Shown piece after piece: positions 45,372 to 57,700 of a DNA stretch of 64,000 nucleotides. Source of the stretch: a virus (lineage: Duplodnaviria > Caudoviricetes); the IMG/VR virus record IMGVR_UViG_3300032138_000007, positions 1 to 64,000 of that record; one strand, given 5' to 3'. Under the pieces are notes generated by a model. The model was not told where the DNA came from. It worked only from the letters and a program-made list of their open reading frames with translations, and searched no databases. Position 1 is the first letter of the stretch, and every line of letters begins with the position of its first letter. The translations under genes and the position numbers were made by a program.

Positions 45372-48300
45372 TAAAAAATGTTGTAAAAGTTCCATTTCGT
45401 AAACTTAAACACATTCACCACATATCGGATATTCAAATCCGAAATCTTAAACGACATAGAGAATATGAAGAAGTCTTTAATCGTTTATACGAAAAGGTCA
45501 AATTAAACAAAGAGAATGCTGTAGCCTATATCGGCGGTGATATAGCACACTCAAAAACCGAAATGTCACCTGAGTTGATTGACCAGTTATCAAGGTTATT
45601 CAAAAACTTATCTGATATAGTTCCGACAATTATTATTGCAGGAAACCATGATTGTAATCTAAACAATCGTTCTCGGATGGATTGTCTTTCCCCAATAGTA
45701 GATAATTTAAAACATCCAAACTTACATTATTTAAAGGATACTGGTGTATATAAATGTGCTGATGTTCAGTTCGTAGTGTGGGATGTTTGGGATACTAAGA
45801 AAGATTATATTAAGGCAAAAGATGTAGAGGGAAAGACAAAGATTGTATTATTTCACGGAACAGTAGATAGGTGTGAAACTGATTTAGGATTCAGATTACC
45901 TTCTGATGTGAAGATTACTCAATTCAAAGGTTATGATATGGGATTGTTGGGTGATATTCATAAGAGACAGCATTTGAATAAAGAAGAAACTATATCTTAT
46001 TGTGGTTCATTAGTTCAACAAAATCACGGAGAAGGATTAGACCACGGCTATTTACTGTGGGATGTTCCAAAACGAAAATCTACTTATATTCCAGTTCATA
46101 ATGATTTTGGATATTATACATTAGATGTTGATAATGGTGTAGTTCCTGAAGTGGATGATATGCCACAAAAGGCCAGGTTAAGAGTGAGGGTATCAAATAC
46201 CGACTCCGTACAATTAAAGAAGGCCTTGACCATAATACAGACGAAATACGGTATAAAGGAGATAGCCGTTAATCGTACTGACAGATTGACAGAGAGAGTT
46301 CGTGATGGTCAATTAGTAGATGTTGGTGATATTACAAACCCAGAATATCAATATGAATTAATTGAAGATTATTTAGGTAGAAACCACATTGTAGATGAGA
46401 AAACTCTATTAAAGATAAAAGAGTTAAATGACGATTTAAATGGTAATTTACCCGCAGAAGAAATATCTCGTAATGTGTTTTGGAAACTTAAACGATTTGA
46501 ATGGTCAAATATGTTTAGTTATGGTGAAGATAATATTGTGGATTTTACAAAACTTAATGGTATTATTGGAATGTTTGCACCAAATGCAAGTGGTAAATCA
46601 GCATTATTAGATTCCCTTTCATTCTGTTTATTTGATACATCCGCAAGAGCATTTAAAGCAGACCGAGTATTAAATAATAAGAAGAATAGTTTCAGTTGTA
46701 AGATTAATTTTGAGATAAACGAAACAGATTATTATATTGAGAGAAAAGGTAAAAAATTACGAAATGGTCATGTAAAAGTTAATGTAGAATTTTGGATGAT
46801 TGATGATAATAATGATAAAGTTTCATTAAATGGTGACCAACGAAGAACTACAAATGCAAACATTCGTAGAGTAATTGGTTCTTATGATGATTTTGTTTTA
46901 ACAGCACTTTCTTTACAAAATAATTCTACGGTATTCATAGACAAGACACAGAAAGAGAGAAAAGATTTATTGGCTCAATTTATGGGTATGGGAGTCTTTG
47001 ACCAACTTTATACAGCAGCCCACGAGAATGTAGCTGATATATCTGCAATACTAAGAGATTTTAATAAGACCGATTATGATACAGACCTTGCAGATATAGA
47101 AAAAAGTGATACTCAATACAAGGTCGTTCAGAAAGATTTAAGAAGTCAAAAGAAAACTTTAACTAATAGAAAGAAAGAGTTATCAGATCAAGTATTTGGT
47201 TTAACTAAAAAGTTACGACCAGTTGATGAGTCTATTATGGATATTGATAAGTTAAAGGGTGATAAAGATGAATTTGAAACTCAACTTGATTCCATAGACA
47301 CACGATTAGGGTCTGTAGTAGCAATAACAGAAGAAAATAAAACTAAAATTACTGAACTTAAAAATAGAATACAAGAATATTCTGATAGAAATGTTAATGA
47401 TAAATACCACGAACTTTCTGAATTAGAAGATAAGAAAAAAGAGATAAGAGTTGAAATTGATAAACTGAAAATTGAAGTTCGTAACAAATTAGATAAGATT
47501 GAGAAACTTGGTAATTTAACTTGGAATGACGATTGTGATGATTGTATGACCAATCCATTTACACTTGATGCGATGGAAACAAAAGAGAAATTAAGTGAAG
47601 ATAAAATTCGTACTGGAAAGATAATAGCGAAGTTAGATGAGATAGATGAAAAGATTAATCAAATGGGTGATGTTCATAGTGAAAAGATTGATTTTGATAG
47701 GTCTATTGAAACTTTAAAAACCGTTGAGATAAATCAGAATAAGTTAGAATCAGAAGAAATTTTATTATCAGAAAGAAAGAAAAATACACTTCATCAGATT
47801 TCACTTACTGTAGAAAAAATAGAAAAATATCATGAAAGTAAAAATGATATTGTCTATAATAAACAAATAGAAGAAGAAATAGAAACTTTAAGAAATTCAG
47901 TAGATGATTTAGATTACCAAGTAGATATAATAGATAAAAAGATACAAACTATTCATGGTGAAATTCAAATCAATAGAACTAATAAGAAAAATATTATAGA
48001 AACCATGAACAAGGTTGAGAATTTAGAAACCGAATATGAAGCCTACAATTTTTATATGGACGCTGTTAAACGAGATGGTATTCCATATGAACTTATAGAA
48101 AAGGCATTACCTACGATTGAGGGTGAGGTCAATGATATTCTTGCACAAATGGTAGATTTTGGTATTGTGTTGGAAATGGATGGTAAGAATATCAATACAT
48201 ATTTAGCTTATGATGACGATAATGTGTGGCCGTTAGAATTGTCAAGTGGTATGGAACGATTTATATCTTCTCTTGCAATGAGAGTTGGTTTAATTAATGT

Positions 48301-48529
48301 TTGTAATTTACCACGAGCTAATTTCTTAGCTATTGATGAAGGATTTGGTAATATGGATTCAGATAACCTTAATTCTGTTTATATGTTATTTCAATATCTT
48401 AAAAATCAATTCCAATTCGCATTTATTGTATCTCATATTGAATCCATGAGAGATACAGTTGATTCACTTCTTGAAATTACTAAAGAAAAAGGTTTTAGTC
48501 AATTAAAATTACCTTCTAAGTTTAGTTAG
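45368..48529 (+). CDS. Fused SbcD/Mre11 nuclease - SbcC/Rad50 ATPase (gp47-gp46)
   Basis: SDIQ, GGDIAH, GNHD, LGDIH; Walker A APNASGKS; CDDC hook; SSGME signature; IDEGFG Walker B; VSH. Confidence 0.9.
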   Translation: MIKNVVKVPFRKLKHIHHISDIQIRNLKRHREYEEVFNRLYEKVKLNKENAVAYIGGDIAHSKTEMSPELIDQLSRLFKNLSDIVPTIIIAGNHDCNLNNRSRMDCLSPIVDNLKHPNLHYLKDTGVYKCADVQFVVWDVWDTKKDYIKAKDVEGKTKIVLFHGTVDRCETDLGFRLPSDVKITQFKGYDMGLLGDIHKRQHLNKEETISYCGSLVQQNHGEGLDHGYLLWDVPKRKSTYIPVHNDFGYYTLDVDNGVVPEVDDMPQKARLRVRVSNTDSVQLKKALTIIQTKYGIKEIAVNRTDRLTERVRDGQLVDVGDITNPEYQYELIEDYLGRNHIVDEKTLLKIKELNDDLNGNLPAEEISRNVFWKLKRFEWSNMFSYGEDNIVDFTKLNGIIGMFAPNASGKSALLDSLSFCLFDTSARAFKADRVLNNKKNSFSCKINFEINETDYYIERKGKKLRNGHVKVNVEFWMIDDNNDKVSLNGDQRRTTNANIRRVIGSYDDFVLTALSLQNNSTVFIDKTQKERKDLLAQFMGMGVFDQLYTAAHENVADISAILRDFNKTDYDTDLADIEKSDTQYKVVQKDLRSQKKTLTNRKKELSDQVFGLTKKLRPVDESIMDIDKLKGDKDEFETQLDSIDTRLGSVVAITEENKTKITELKNRIQEYSDRNVNDKYHELSELEDKKKEIRVEIDKLKIEVRNKLDKIEKLGNLTWNDDCDDCMTNPFTLDAMETKEKLSEDKIRTGKIIAKLDEIDEKINQMGDVHSEKIDFDRSIETLKTVEINQNKLESEEILLSERKKNTLHQISLTVEKIEKYHESKNDIVYNKQIEEEIETLRNSVDDLDYQVDIIDKKIQTIHGEIQINRTNKKNIIETMNKVENLETEYEAYNFYMDAVKRDGIPYELIEKALPTIEGEVNDILAQMVDFGIVLEMDGKNINTYLAYDDDNVWPLELSSGMERFISSLAMRVGLINVCNLPRANFLAIDEGFGNMDSDNLNSVYMLFQYLKNQFQFAFIVSHIESMRDTVDSLLEITKEKGFSQLKLPSKFS

Positions 48530-48692
48530 AATGTAAAATATTCTTTGGAGCGGGACGTCCTTCTCGTTCTCTTTTCAAACTTAAAATATGTTGATTAAGT
48601 ATAGCACTCATAGTTGTGCTCTCTTCTCTAACATAGAGCCTAAACCAATCCATCAGTCTATCTTCTATTGTGAATGAATATTTCTTCTTCAT
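48522..48692 (-). CDS. Ribbon-helix-helix DNA-binding protein, 56 aa (not in ORF track)
   Basis: AAGGA RBS; MKKKYSFTIEDRLMDWFRLYVREESTTMSAILNQHI strand-helix-helix pattern. Confidence 0.7.
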   Translation of the reverse strand: MKKKYSFTIEDRLMDWFRLYVREESTTMSAILNQHILSLKREREGRPAPKNILHSN

Positions 48693-48785
48693 ACCGATAT
48701 TATCCTTATTTTATACATACTGTTTAATATAAATATTAATCTTTCTAATATTTATTAAAGAATAAATCTATTCGGGAGAAATTAC

Positions 48786-51700
48786 TTGGCAGTTCCAAAG
48801 CGAGAAGCTGAATTCTTAGGACTTAGAAATCTTGATGTTTTTAAAGAAGATACTACATTTGATTCAACGTATTTTCGTGTCTTAGAGTGCCCACCCATAT
48901 TAACACAAGGTAAGAGTAGTTTTTTAATTGGCGGTTCAAATAGACTTAAATCTGGTATTGATATTAAAATGGAATTAATTAAAGATGATTCTGATGAAAT
49001 ATTATATCTACAACCAGTTCTTGGACATTTAGAAGGTGACTTACGAAGAGTTTCAATAGAAGTTTATGAAGATGTAAAACCTGGACCATATACTTTATAT
49101 ATCGTTGGAGAAATAGATTCTACAGTTGAAAATGTTCCACCAGAATGGCAAGGAGCTTATAATGTAAGGTGGTCTAAACAAATTACAGTAAATGGAATGG
49201 GAACTAATATTCAGCCCATTTATTTTTATAAACAACCAAGTATATCCGTTTCAGAAATATTTACTGGATTTGTAGAAATCCCAAGTAGTTCAGCAACTCC
49301 TATTTATTTAACAGGTAGTGGTGAACCACGACAAGGATTATCATCTATTCCTCCAGTTGAGAATGTAACCGTAGGTGGATCAGGTGTATCTACTTATCCA
49401 ACCTTAGATTTTGCTAACAAAGCAAAATTATCTATTATAGAAGAAAATAAACCTTTAGTTAAACTTAGTGGAAAACATGGACTTATTGGGGCACAAGGTC
49501 AACAAGTCCAAACAATGTCGCCAGTTCCGAATGATTTTGTAATAACTGTTAGTGGAGACTCTTCAGTAAATAGTTTATATGTCGGACATGACATAACAAT
49601 TAATAATCCACAAGTAGATACATCAAAATTTACTTTACAATCATATCATTCAGTTCCAACGGTTTATAGTTCATCTGTAATGAAAGTATTGAATAATACT
49701 TCTTTTGTTCCAAAGGATGTTTTTTATGTTTATGATAATAGAACTTCACCACCTACACTTGAACCTGCACCACTTGATAGTACGTATCCTATTTCTGCAA
49801 GTTATTTAACTCTCCCTACACAAACCACATCATCAATAAATTTATTATCATTTGGTGATATACAGATATCAGATTTAAAAACATTTAGTGGAGATGTCCA
49901 TAAGATAAAAATTTATGCAAAAAGTGAAGGTTCTCTTGGAGACTTTCAATTAATATATGATGCACCAGTAGAAAGTTATCAGGTATTACAGGATAAGAGT
50001 GAAGATACTTTATTAAATAATATGGGGTATTTTTTAGATACGAGTAGATTACAGAATTATTGGGAAATGTATCAGGGGGAAGATGGTGGAGAATCTACTA
50101 CTTTAAATTATGATGCAACATATATAAATGACTCAATGAAAATCTCTGGTTCTAATAAAGAATATGGAGATACGTTAAGAGTTCAAAATAAAACAGCAGT
50201 AGATTTTATAGCAGGAAATTTATATAGTTTTAAGGCAAAAGTATATGGTATAAGTAAAGCCAAAAAAGATATTGATGGGAATATTATATCTGCCGCTTCA
50301 CTTGAGGTTTTAGCCAAAGGAGATGCATTTGAAAAGGTAGAAACTACTTCAACTAATTGGGGAGATGTAAAACTTAGTGTTCCAGATTTCCCTACTGGAG
50401 CAAATCAATATGATTTTGGTATAGTAGAAGGTAGTTTTTTAGCTGATAATACAGCAACAGGGTATCTTCAATTCAAAGTTGATTCTGGTGAATGGTATGT
50501 TTCTGATATATCATTAAAGGCTGCAACTGATACTGCTTTTAATCCAGATTATGTTAGATTAAAAGCTCCAGTGCCACCACTATTACAACGACCAGATAGA
50601 GTAAGATTTTTAGTAGAGTTCTATGATGTAAATAATAATATAGCAGATTCAGTAGTATTTACTGAACCATTTGACTTTCAAGGGGCCAATATAAATATAG
50701 GTGGAACTGATAATATATTAAGTGGTTCTATGTTTATTGGAAATGCACTTGCCGCCGGTATTGAAATGGCAGGTGTAAGTTCAGCATTTGTTCGTTCTAT
50801 GGGATATCACGGATTTTCAAGTGGAAGTGGAAAAGGTAATAATGCAGGAGATGGAACATATTCTGGATTTTTAATGTGGAGTGGTTCTGTTTTAACAGAT
50901 AGTGGAGATGATTATAAAGGTGTTGGATTAGAGTTAGTTGGTCATAGTGAAAGTTATTTTAGGTTTAGAACTGATCCAAGTGAACTTGATATTAGGGCAG
51001 ATTCATTCTTTGTTGGAAGTGAAAATTCTCAATATATAAGTGGTAGTGGTAGTCAGATAGAAATAAGTTCATCTAACTTCCATGTATCGTCAAGTGGTGA
51101 TGTTTCTATGACAGGAACAATTACTGCAGATGCTGGTAACATTGGTGATTGGAAAATTATAGATGGTAAGTTAAGTGGTTCTAATGCAACATTGGATGCT
51201 GTAGGTGCAGCATTGTATCATACTACATTGGGACCAGGTTCGGATACATCAGCAGCATTTGATCAACTTAGGAATGAGTATTATATAGACTTTACACCAA
51301 GTGAAGGTGAGACAGCAACTGCCGGAAAATATTATGTTAAATTCGGCCCAAATTTTTCTGTAAGTGAAAGTGGAGTATTATTTGCAAGTGGGGCAGTGTT
51401 TGAGGGAACTATAACTGCTTCTGCAGGTAGTATCGGTGGGGCAAGTATAGAAAGTAGGTCTTTGGCTTATTCACCATTTTGGAGAATATCTTCTTCAGCA
51501 GACCAAACAGATCCAGCATCGTTTATATCATCAAGTGCTTTTAAAGTTTCTGCTGGTGGTAATATAACTGGTTCGGAGGTATTATTTACTGGTGGAACAA
51601 TTGGTGGGTTTAGTATTAATGAAACACAACTATATTCAGGAACCGATATACTTTTAGATAGTAATAATAAAAGATTATCACTTGCAGATGGAAGTGTATT

Positions 51701-54700
51701 TCTCGATGGTGATTTGAGTGATGGAACAATATATGTTGGACGAAGTGTTACTGCAAACCTTTCAACACCAAGTGGTTTTGGTGCAAGATTTAAAGGAAAT
51801 GGTAATTTTATTCTTGTTAGTGGTTCTGGTCAATATATTAGAAGTGTTGGTGATGGATTAGAATTTGTATCCCAAAATGTTAATATAAGTGGTAGTTCTG
51901 TAAAGATATATACTCCAGAATTTTTCTTAGGTGGTAGTGGACAATATATAAGTGGTTCAAATAGTAATATAGAAATAAGTTCTTCGAAGTTTTATGTAGA
52001 TACAGATGGTAATGTAACTGGTTCAGATGTAAGATTTACTGGTGGAAGAATTGCTGGGTGGGTTATTAGTGGTAATAAACTTCTAAGTGCCAATAATAGT
52101 ATGAGAATAAATGGTCATACATCTACACCGAAGATAACAGTACATTCTCATACTTTTGAAAATGAAGGAGTACAATTAGGTTATAATAGTAGTGGTAAAA
52201 TAGGATTTTATGCAGGTGATGGTGCTAATGATTATATACATTATCACGAGGATGATGGTTTAGATATAAAAACAGCCGTTTTCAAACTTGATACTGCACA
52301 ATTTGATATAGACAGTTCAACTGCTAGTGGTAAGTTGTCTATGGGTTCAACACCACCAAGTGCTTATAATAGTGGAACTGGTATCTATATGGATGGAACT
52401 GGTAAACTTTTAATTGGTGCACATAATGGTGATAGAATACAATTTGATGGAACTAATTTTACAGTTCAAGTTGGTTCATTAGAATTAGATGCAAATAACA
52501 TTGAGATAAGTTCTACAAATGCAAGTATGTCATTGGGTGAGGGTAATATTTTACTTGATGGGGCAAATAGTAGAGTTAAAGTTGGTTCATCGGCCACTAA
52601 ACAGATTACTTTACAAGGTCACGCAGATTATGGATATATAGCAACAGGTAAAACATCTGCAACATCAACAACTGCTGGATTTTGGTTAGCAAATAACGAT
52701 ACAGATCCAGAATTTGCAGTTGGTGATGCAACAAATTATATAAAATTTGATGGTGGTGATTTAGATATAGCTTCTGAGAAACTTGAAATTTCTGCTTCTA
52801 CATTCCAAGTATCTACAGCACAAGCATCTATGAGTCTTGGACACAATTCTACATATCCATTGGGTAGGTTGATGATGGAAGGACTCGGAACACCTACTTT
52901 TAAGATGGGACCTGATGTTGACGTTATCAGTATGACTACTGGTAGTGGTATTTATATGGATGGAGATGGTAATTTTAAATTTGGTGATAATGATGGACAA
53001 GTAAAATTTCAAAATGGCTCATTTAGTATTACTGGTTCAGATGTAGCTATACAAGTTACTGATATAAATGTTAAAGCTAATGGTTTTGAATTATCTTCAC
53101 AACAGGCTTCTATGTCATTGGGGACGAATCAACAATGGAAAGCATATGGTGGAAGTGCAAATCCATACATGAGTATTGGTATGGGTGGAAGTGGAAGTTA
53201 CGGTAGTGATGGACTATGGTTAGCGTATAATGATACAATCGGAAAACCAAGAGTTTCGTTTGTTGGTTCAACTGGACATTTTAAATTTACAGGAACAGAT
53301 TTAGATGTAAAAACAGGAACATTAGCATTAGCCGCATCTAATATACAACTTTCATCTGCACAAGCATCTATGAGTTTAGGTGGTGTACCAGGAGCGGCCG
53401 CTAATATATTATTGGATGGTGGAAATTCTAAGATAGAAGTTGGTTCGGCGAATAAAGTTACAATACAGGGTGGAACGACAGACAATTATATGGTTATGGG
53501 AAGTAAAACTTCTTTTACTCATTTCGACCAGTCTACTCAGGGTATCATTATTGGAATGGATTCAACAGTTCCTAAGATTGAAATAACAAAAAATTCTGCT
53601 AATTATTTATCATTTGATGGAACTAATTTTGATATAAAACTTTCTCAGGGATTTGAATTAGATGCAACTAATATAGAAATTTCATCAACTAATGCATCTA
53701 TGAGTTTGGGTGGTTCAAATGACATTATTCTCGATGGAGCGAATAATAAAATTACGGTTGGTTCTGGAAATTCAATAACTATACAAGGTGGAGCCGCCGA
53801 TAACTATATGGTTATGGGAAGTAAGAGTAGTTTCACACACGAGGGAAGTGGAACTGCTGGTATTATTATTGGTATGGATGCAACCAATCCACAGGCAGAA
53901 TTCGTCAAAAGTTCTACTGATTATTTTATTTTTGATGGTGGAAGTGGTGTAGATATAAAGACTACAAATTTTAATTTAGATGCCAATACAGGAGATTTAC
54001 AAATATCTTCGACACACAAATCAATGAGTCTTGGAGATGGTAAGGTTAAGTTACAAGGAGCATCATCTCCATATATGGTATTAAATTCTGGTAGTAATGC
54101 GATTACATTAAAAACTGATGGTACGGATTCATTTATGGTTATGGGAAGTAAAACTGATTTTGATGAATATGATAAATCTACGGTTGGTATTATTCTTGGA
54201 ATGGACACCGCTGTTCCAAAGTTTGAAATGGCAAAAAGTGGAGATGATTATTTAAGGTGGGATAGCACAGATGGTCTTGATTTAAGAACTACAAAAATGG
54301 AAGTAAGTGCTTCTAATGTTCAAATATCATCTACACAAGCAAGTATGAGTATTGGTGATCCAACTTCAACTGGAGGAGCAATAGTTCTTCAATCTCAAGG
54401 AACGGATAAGATGTTGAAGTTTGGTAATAAAGCAACCTTTGACCAAGATGCAATAGCCGGTTTGATAATGGGTATAAATGGAGATACATCTAACGCTCCT
54501 GAATTTGATTATACAGTTGGAACTGGCAACGACCAATATGTTAGAATGTTAACATCTGGTATTTTTATGAAAGTTCCAAACTTCAAACTTGATACTGCAT
54601 TATTAGATATAGATTCAGCGACAAGTAGAATTGACATTTATGATAATAGTGGTGGAGTTGATGGAAGTGATTTAAGAGTTAGAATTGGTGAAATTGATCC

Positions 54701-57700
54701 TACTGCTGGAAATCAATATGGTTTAGTTGTTTATGATGGAACTGGAAGTGGTTCAGCAGATGAGATAGCTCATTTTGGTAGTGATTATAATAAAATAGCA
54801 AGTTGGTCTATAAGTCCTACTCAAATTTCAAGTGAAAATCTTATATTAGATTCGGGTGGAACTATGCAAACATCAGATTTTGCAAGTGGTGTTCAGGGTT
54901 GGAGAATAACTTCTGCTAATAATGGTGAAGCAGAATTTGAAAAGGTTACGATTAGGGGAACATTATCAACTACGGTATTCGAAAAAGAATCTGTAAATGC
55001 TGTTGGTGGTCAATTATATGTAGCAAATTCAACTATTTATACTGGTTCTGCACAAATTTCAGCAACAGAAACAACTATGAGTGTAGCAAATGTAGGTGGA
55101 TTTGCCGCTGGAGAAATATTATCTGCAAAGAAAGTTTCTGATACTGGTTTTCAAACGGAATATCTCTATGTTCAAAGTGCTTCAAGGGATGTTCCATCAA
55201 GTGATAAGAACTTTATGGGTAAATTATATGTAGTTCGTGGATATAGTGGTTCATTACCAGGAACACATGATACTGGTTCACTTGGAGATTCTGCACAATC
55301 TGCACAATCATATGAAAATGGTCAAGTAATTGTATCTACTGGTAAAGTTGGAACTGGATATGTAAGAATAAATGCAAATCCAAATGATTCCACAACACCT
55401 TATATTGATATTGTTGAAAGAACTGGTTCTGCAATTTATGATATTTCATTAAAGGCAAGACTTGGTGATTTAAGTGGATTGTCAAGTGGATTACTTTATG
55501 GTAATTCAAGTCCTGGTTTTGGATTATTTACAGAGAATGTATTTTTACAAGGTGGTATAACTGCTACAACTGGTTCATTTACTGGTAAAGTTCATATTAG
55601 AACGGATGCCTCAAATCAAATAATAATGGGAACTGATGTTGATGGTGGAACTAATGATGGATTTTATTTAAACGCTAACAATTATTGGTATACTAATGAT
55701 AAATTTAGAATTGGTGATACAAATTATTATTTAAAATGGGATAGTTCTAATATAGAAATTGTTCCACAAAAATTTGAATTAAATGCAGGTAGTGGTGATA
55801 TACAAATTTCATCAACTCAAAAATCTATGTCGTTAGGTAATGGTGATATACATTTTCATTCTCCAAATTCAACTACATCTTATATGAGACTTGGTTCGAA
55901 TACATCCAAGGCAATTTATATTACTGGTTCATCTACTGAGGGTGTAATTCGAAGTGGTAAAACATCTGTAACTTCAAATACTGCAGGATTTTGGTTAGCA
56001 AATACTGATGGTGATCAAGAATTTGTTGTTGGTGATGCAACAGATTATATTAGATATAGTGGAAGTGCCGTAGATGTTCAAACACGGGCATTTGAATTAG
56101 ATGCAAATAATGGAGATTTACAAATTTCTTCTACTCAAAGGTCTATGAGTTTAAATGATGGTAAAATTGTTTTATCGGGTTCCACAGCACCGTTTATACA
56201 AATTGGAAATAGTGCTAATTATTCTATAAAACTCCAGACAGATGGTACAGACCAATTTATGACTATGGGAAGTAAAACAAGTTTTACACATGAGGGAAGT
56301 GGAACTGGTGGTATTCTTATTGGAATGGATAATGATAATCCACAAGCAGAATTCGTATCTGATGATTTACAAACTTATTTTATCTTCGATGGAGATTCTG
56401 GTTTAGATGTTAAAACAACTGCATTTGAATTAGCAGCCAATACAGATGACTTACAAATATCTTCTACTCAAAAATCCATGTCGTTGGCAAGTGGTAAGGT
56501 TTTACTTGACGGTGGTGGGAATTATGGATATATACGAGTTGGTGGTAGTGTATCTTTAGCTGGTGCCATTCATATTAGTGGTTCAACAGCTACAAGTATA
56601 ATAAGAGCGGGTAAAAGTTCATATAGTGATACGACAAATGCTGGATTTGTATTAGAAAAAACTGCAACAGATTCAAAATTTTATGTAGGTGATACAAGTG
56701 ATGGTAGTTTTATAAAATTCGATAGTGATACTGGAATTGAAATAGGAACACAGAAATTTGAATTGGCAGCTAATACAGATGATTTACAAATTTCTTCTAC
56801 TCAAAAATCTATGTCGTTAGCGGGTGGTAATGTATTATTAGATGGTTCACAAACTGCTGGATATATAAGAGTTGGTTCAAATGCAACTACTCGTGATAAT
56901 ATTCAATTAAGTGGTTCTAATACATTAGCAGTAATTAAAGCTGGTGTTAGTGGTTCATATGCAGATGCAGTGTCGAGTGGAGATAATGGATTTATATTAG
57001 AAAGAAATCTAACTTCAACGAAGTTTCATCTTGGTAATGCAACAGAATACATAAGATTCGATGGAAGTGATATAGATATATCAGCAGATTCATTAAGTAT
57101 AACTGCTTCTAATGTTAATATTACTGCAGCAGACGGTATGGAAGTAGATGCACCTGATTTTGAGATAAGTACTGCACATAAGTCAATGAGTTTGGGTTAT
57201 ACTACAAATACTGCATATGGTGTTACTATGGTTGGGGCAGGTAATTCTTATATATCTTTTGGACCAAAGACAAGTCCAAATTTCCAATTATATTCTGCTG
57301 GAGCAACTGAAAATTATTTAAAAATAGGAAGTCAAACCTTTGGTGGTACTCAAGGTGGTATTATACTTGGAGAGGCAAGTAGTGGAGTTTATAAATTTGA
57401 AATTTATAAAGACGCCGATGAGTATTTTAGATTTGCAACTGATGGTGGTGGGTTAGATATACGAACTCTTAGTATGAGTTTGGAAACTCCAGGATTAAAA
57501 ATACATGGATATGAAACATTAGGAGCATCAAATTATATAGCACTTGGAAGTGCAACATCGGCAACGGCTGGTGAAGGATATTGGGCTGACGGTGGTGGTA
57601 GTTTTAGAGTTGGAACAGCAACAAGTGGAGTTGCAAGTCCATCATATATGTATTTCAATTCTGGTGATGATAGTTTAACAGTTAAAACTGATACATTAAT

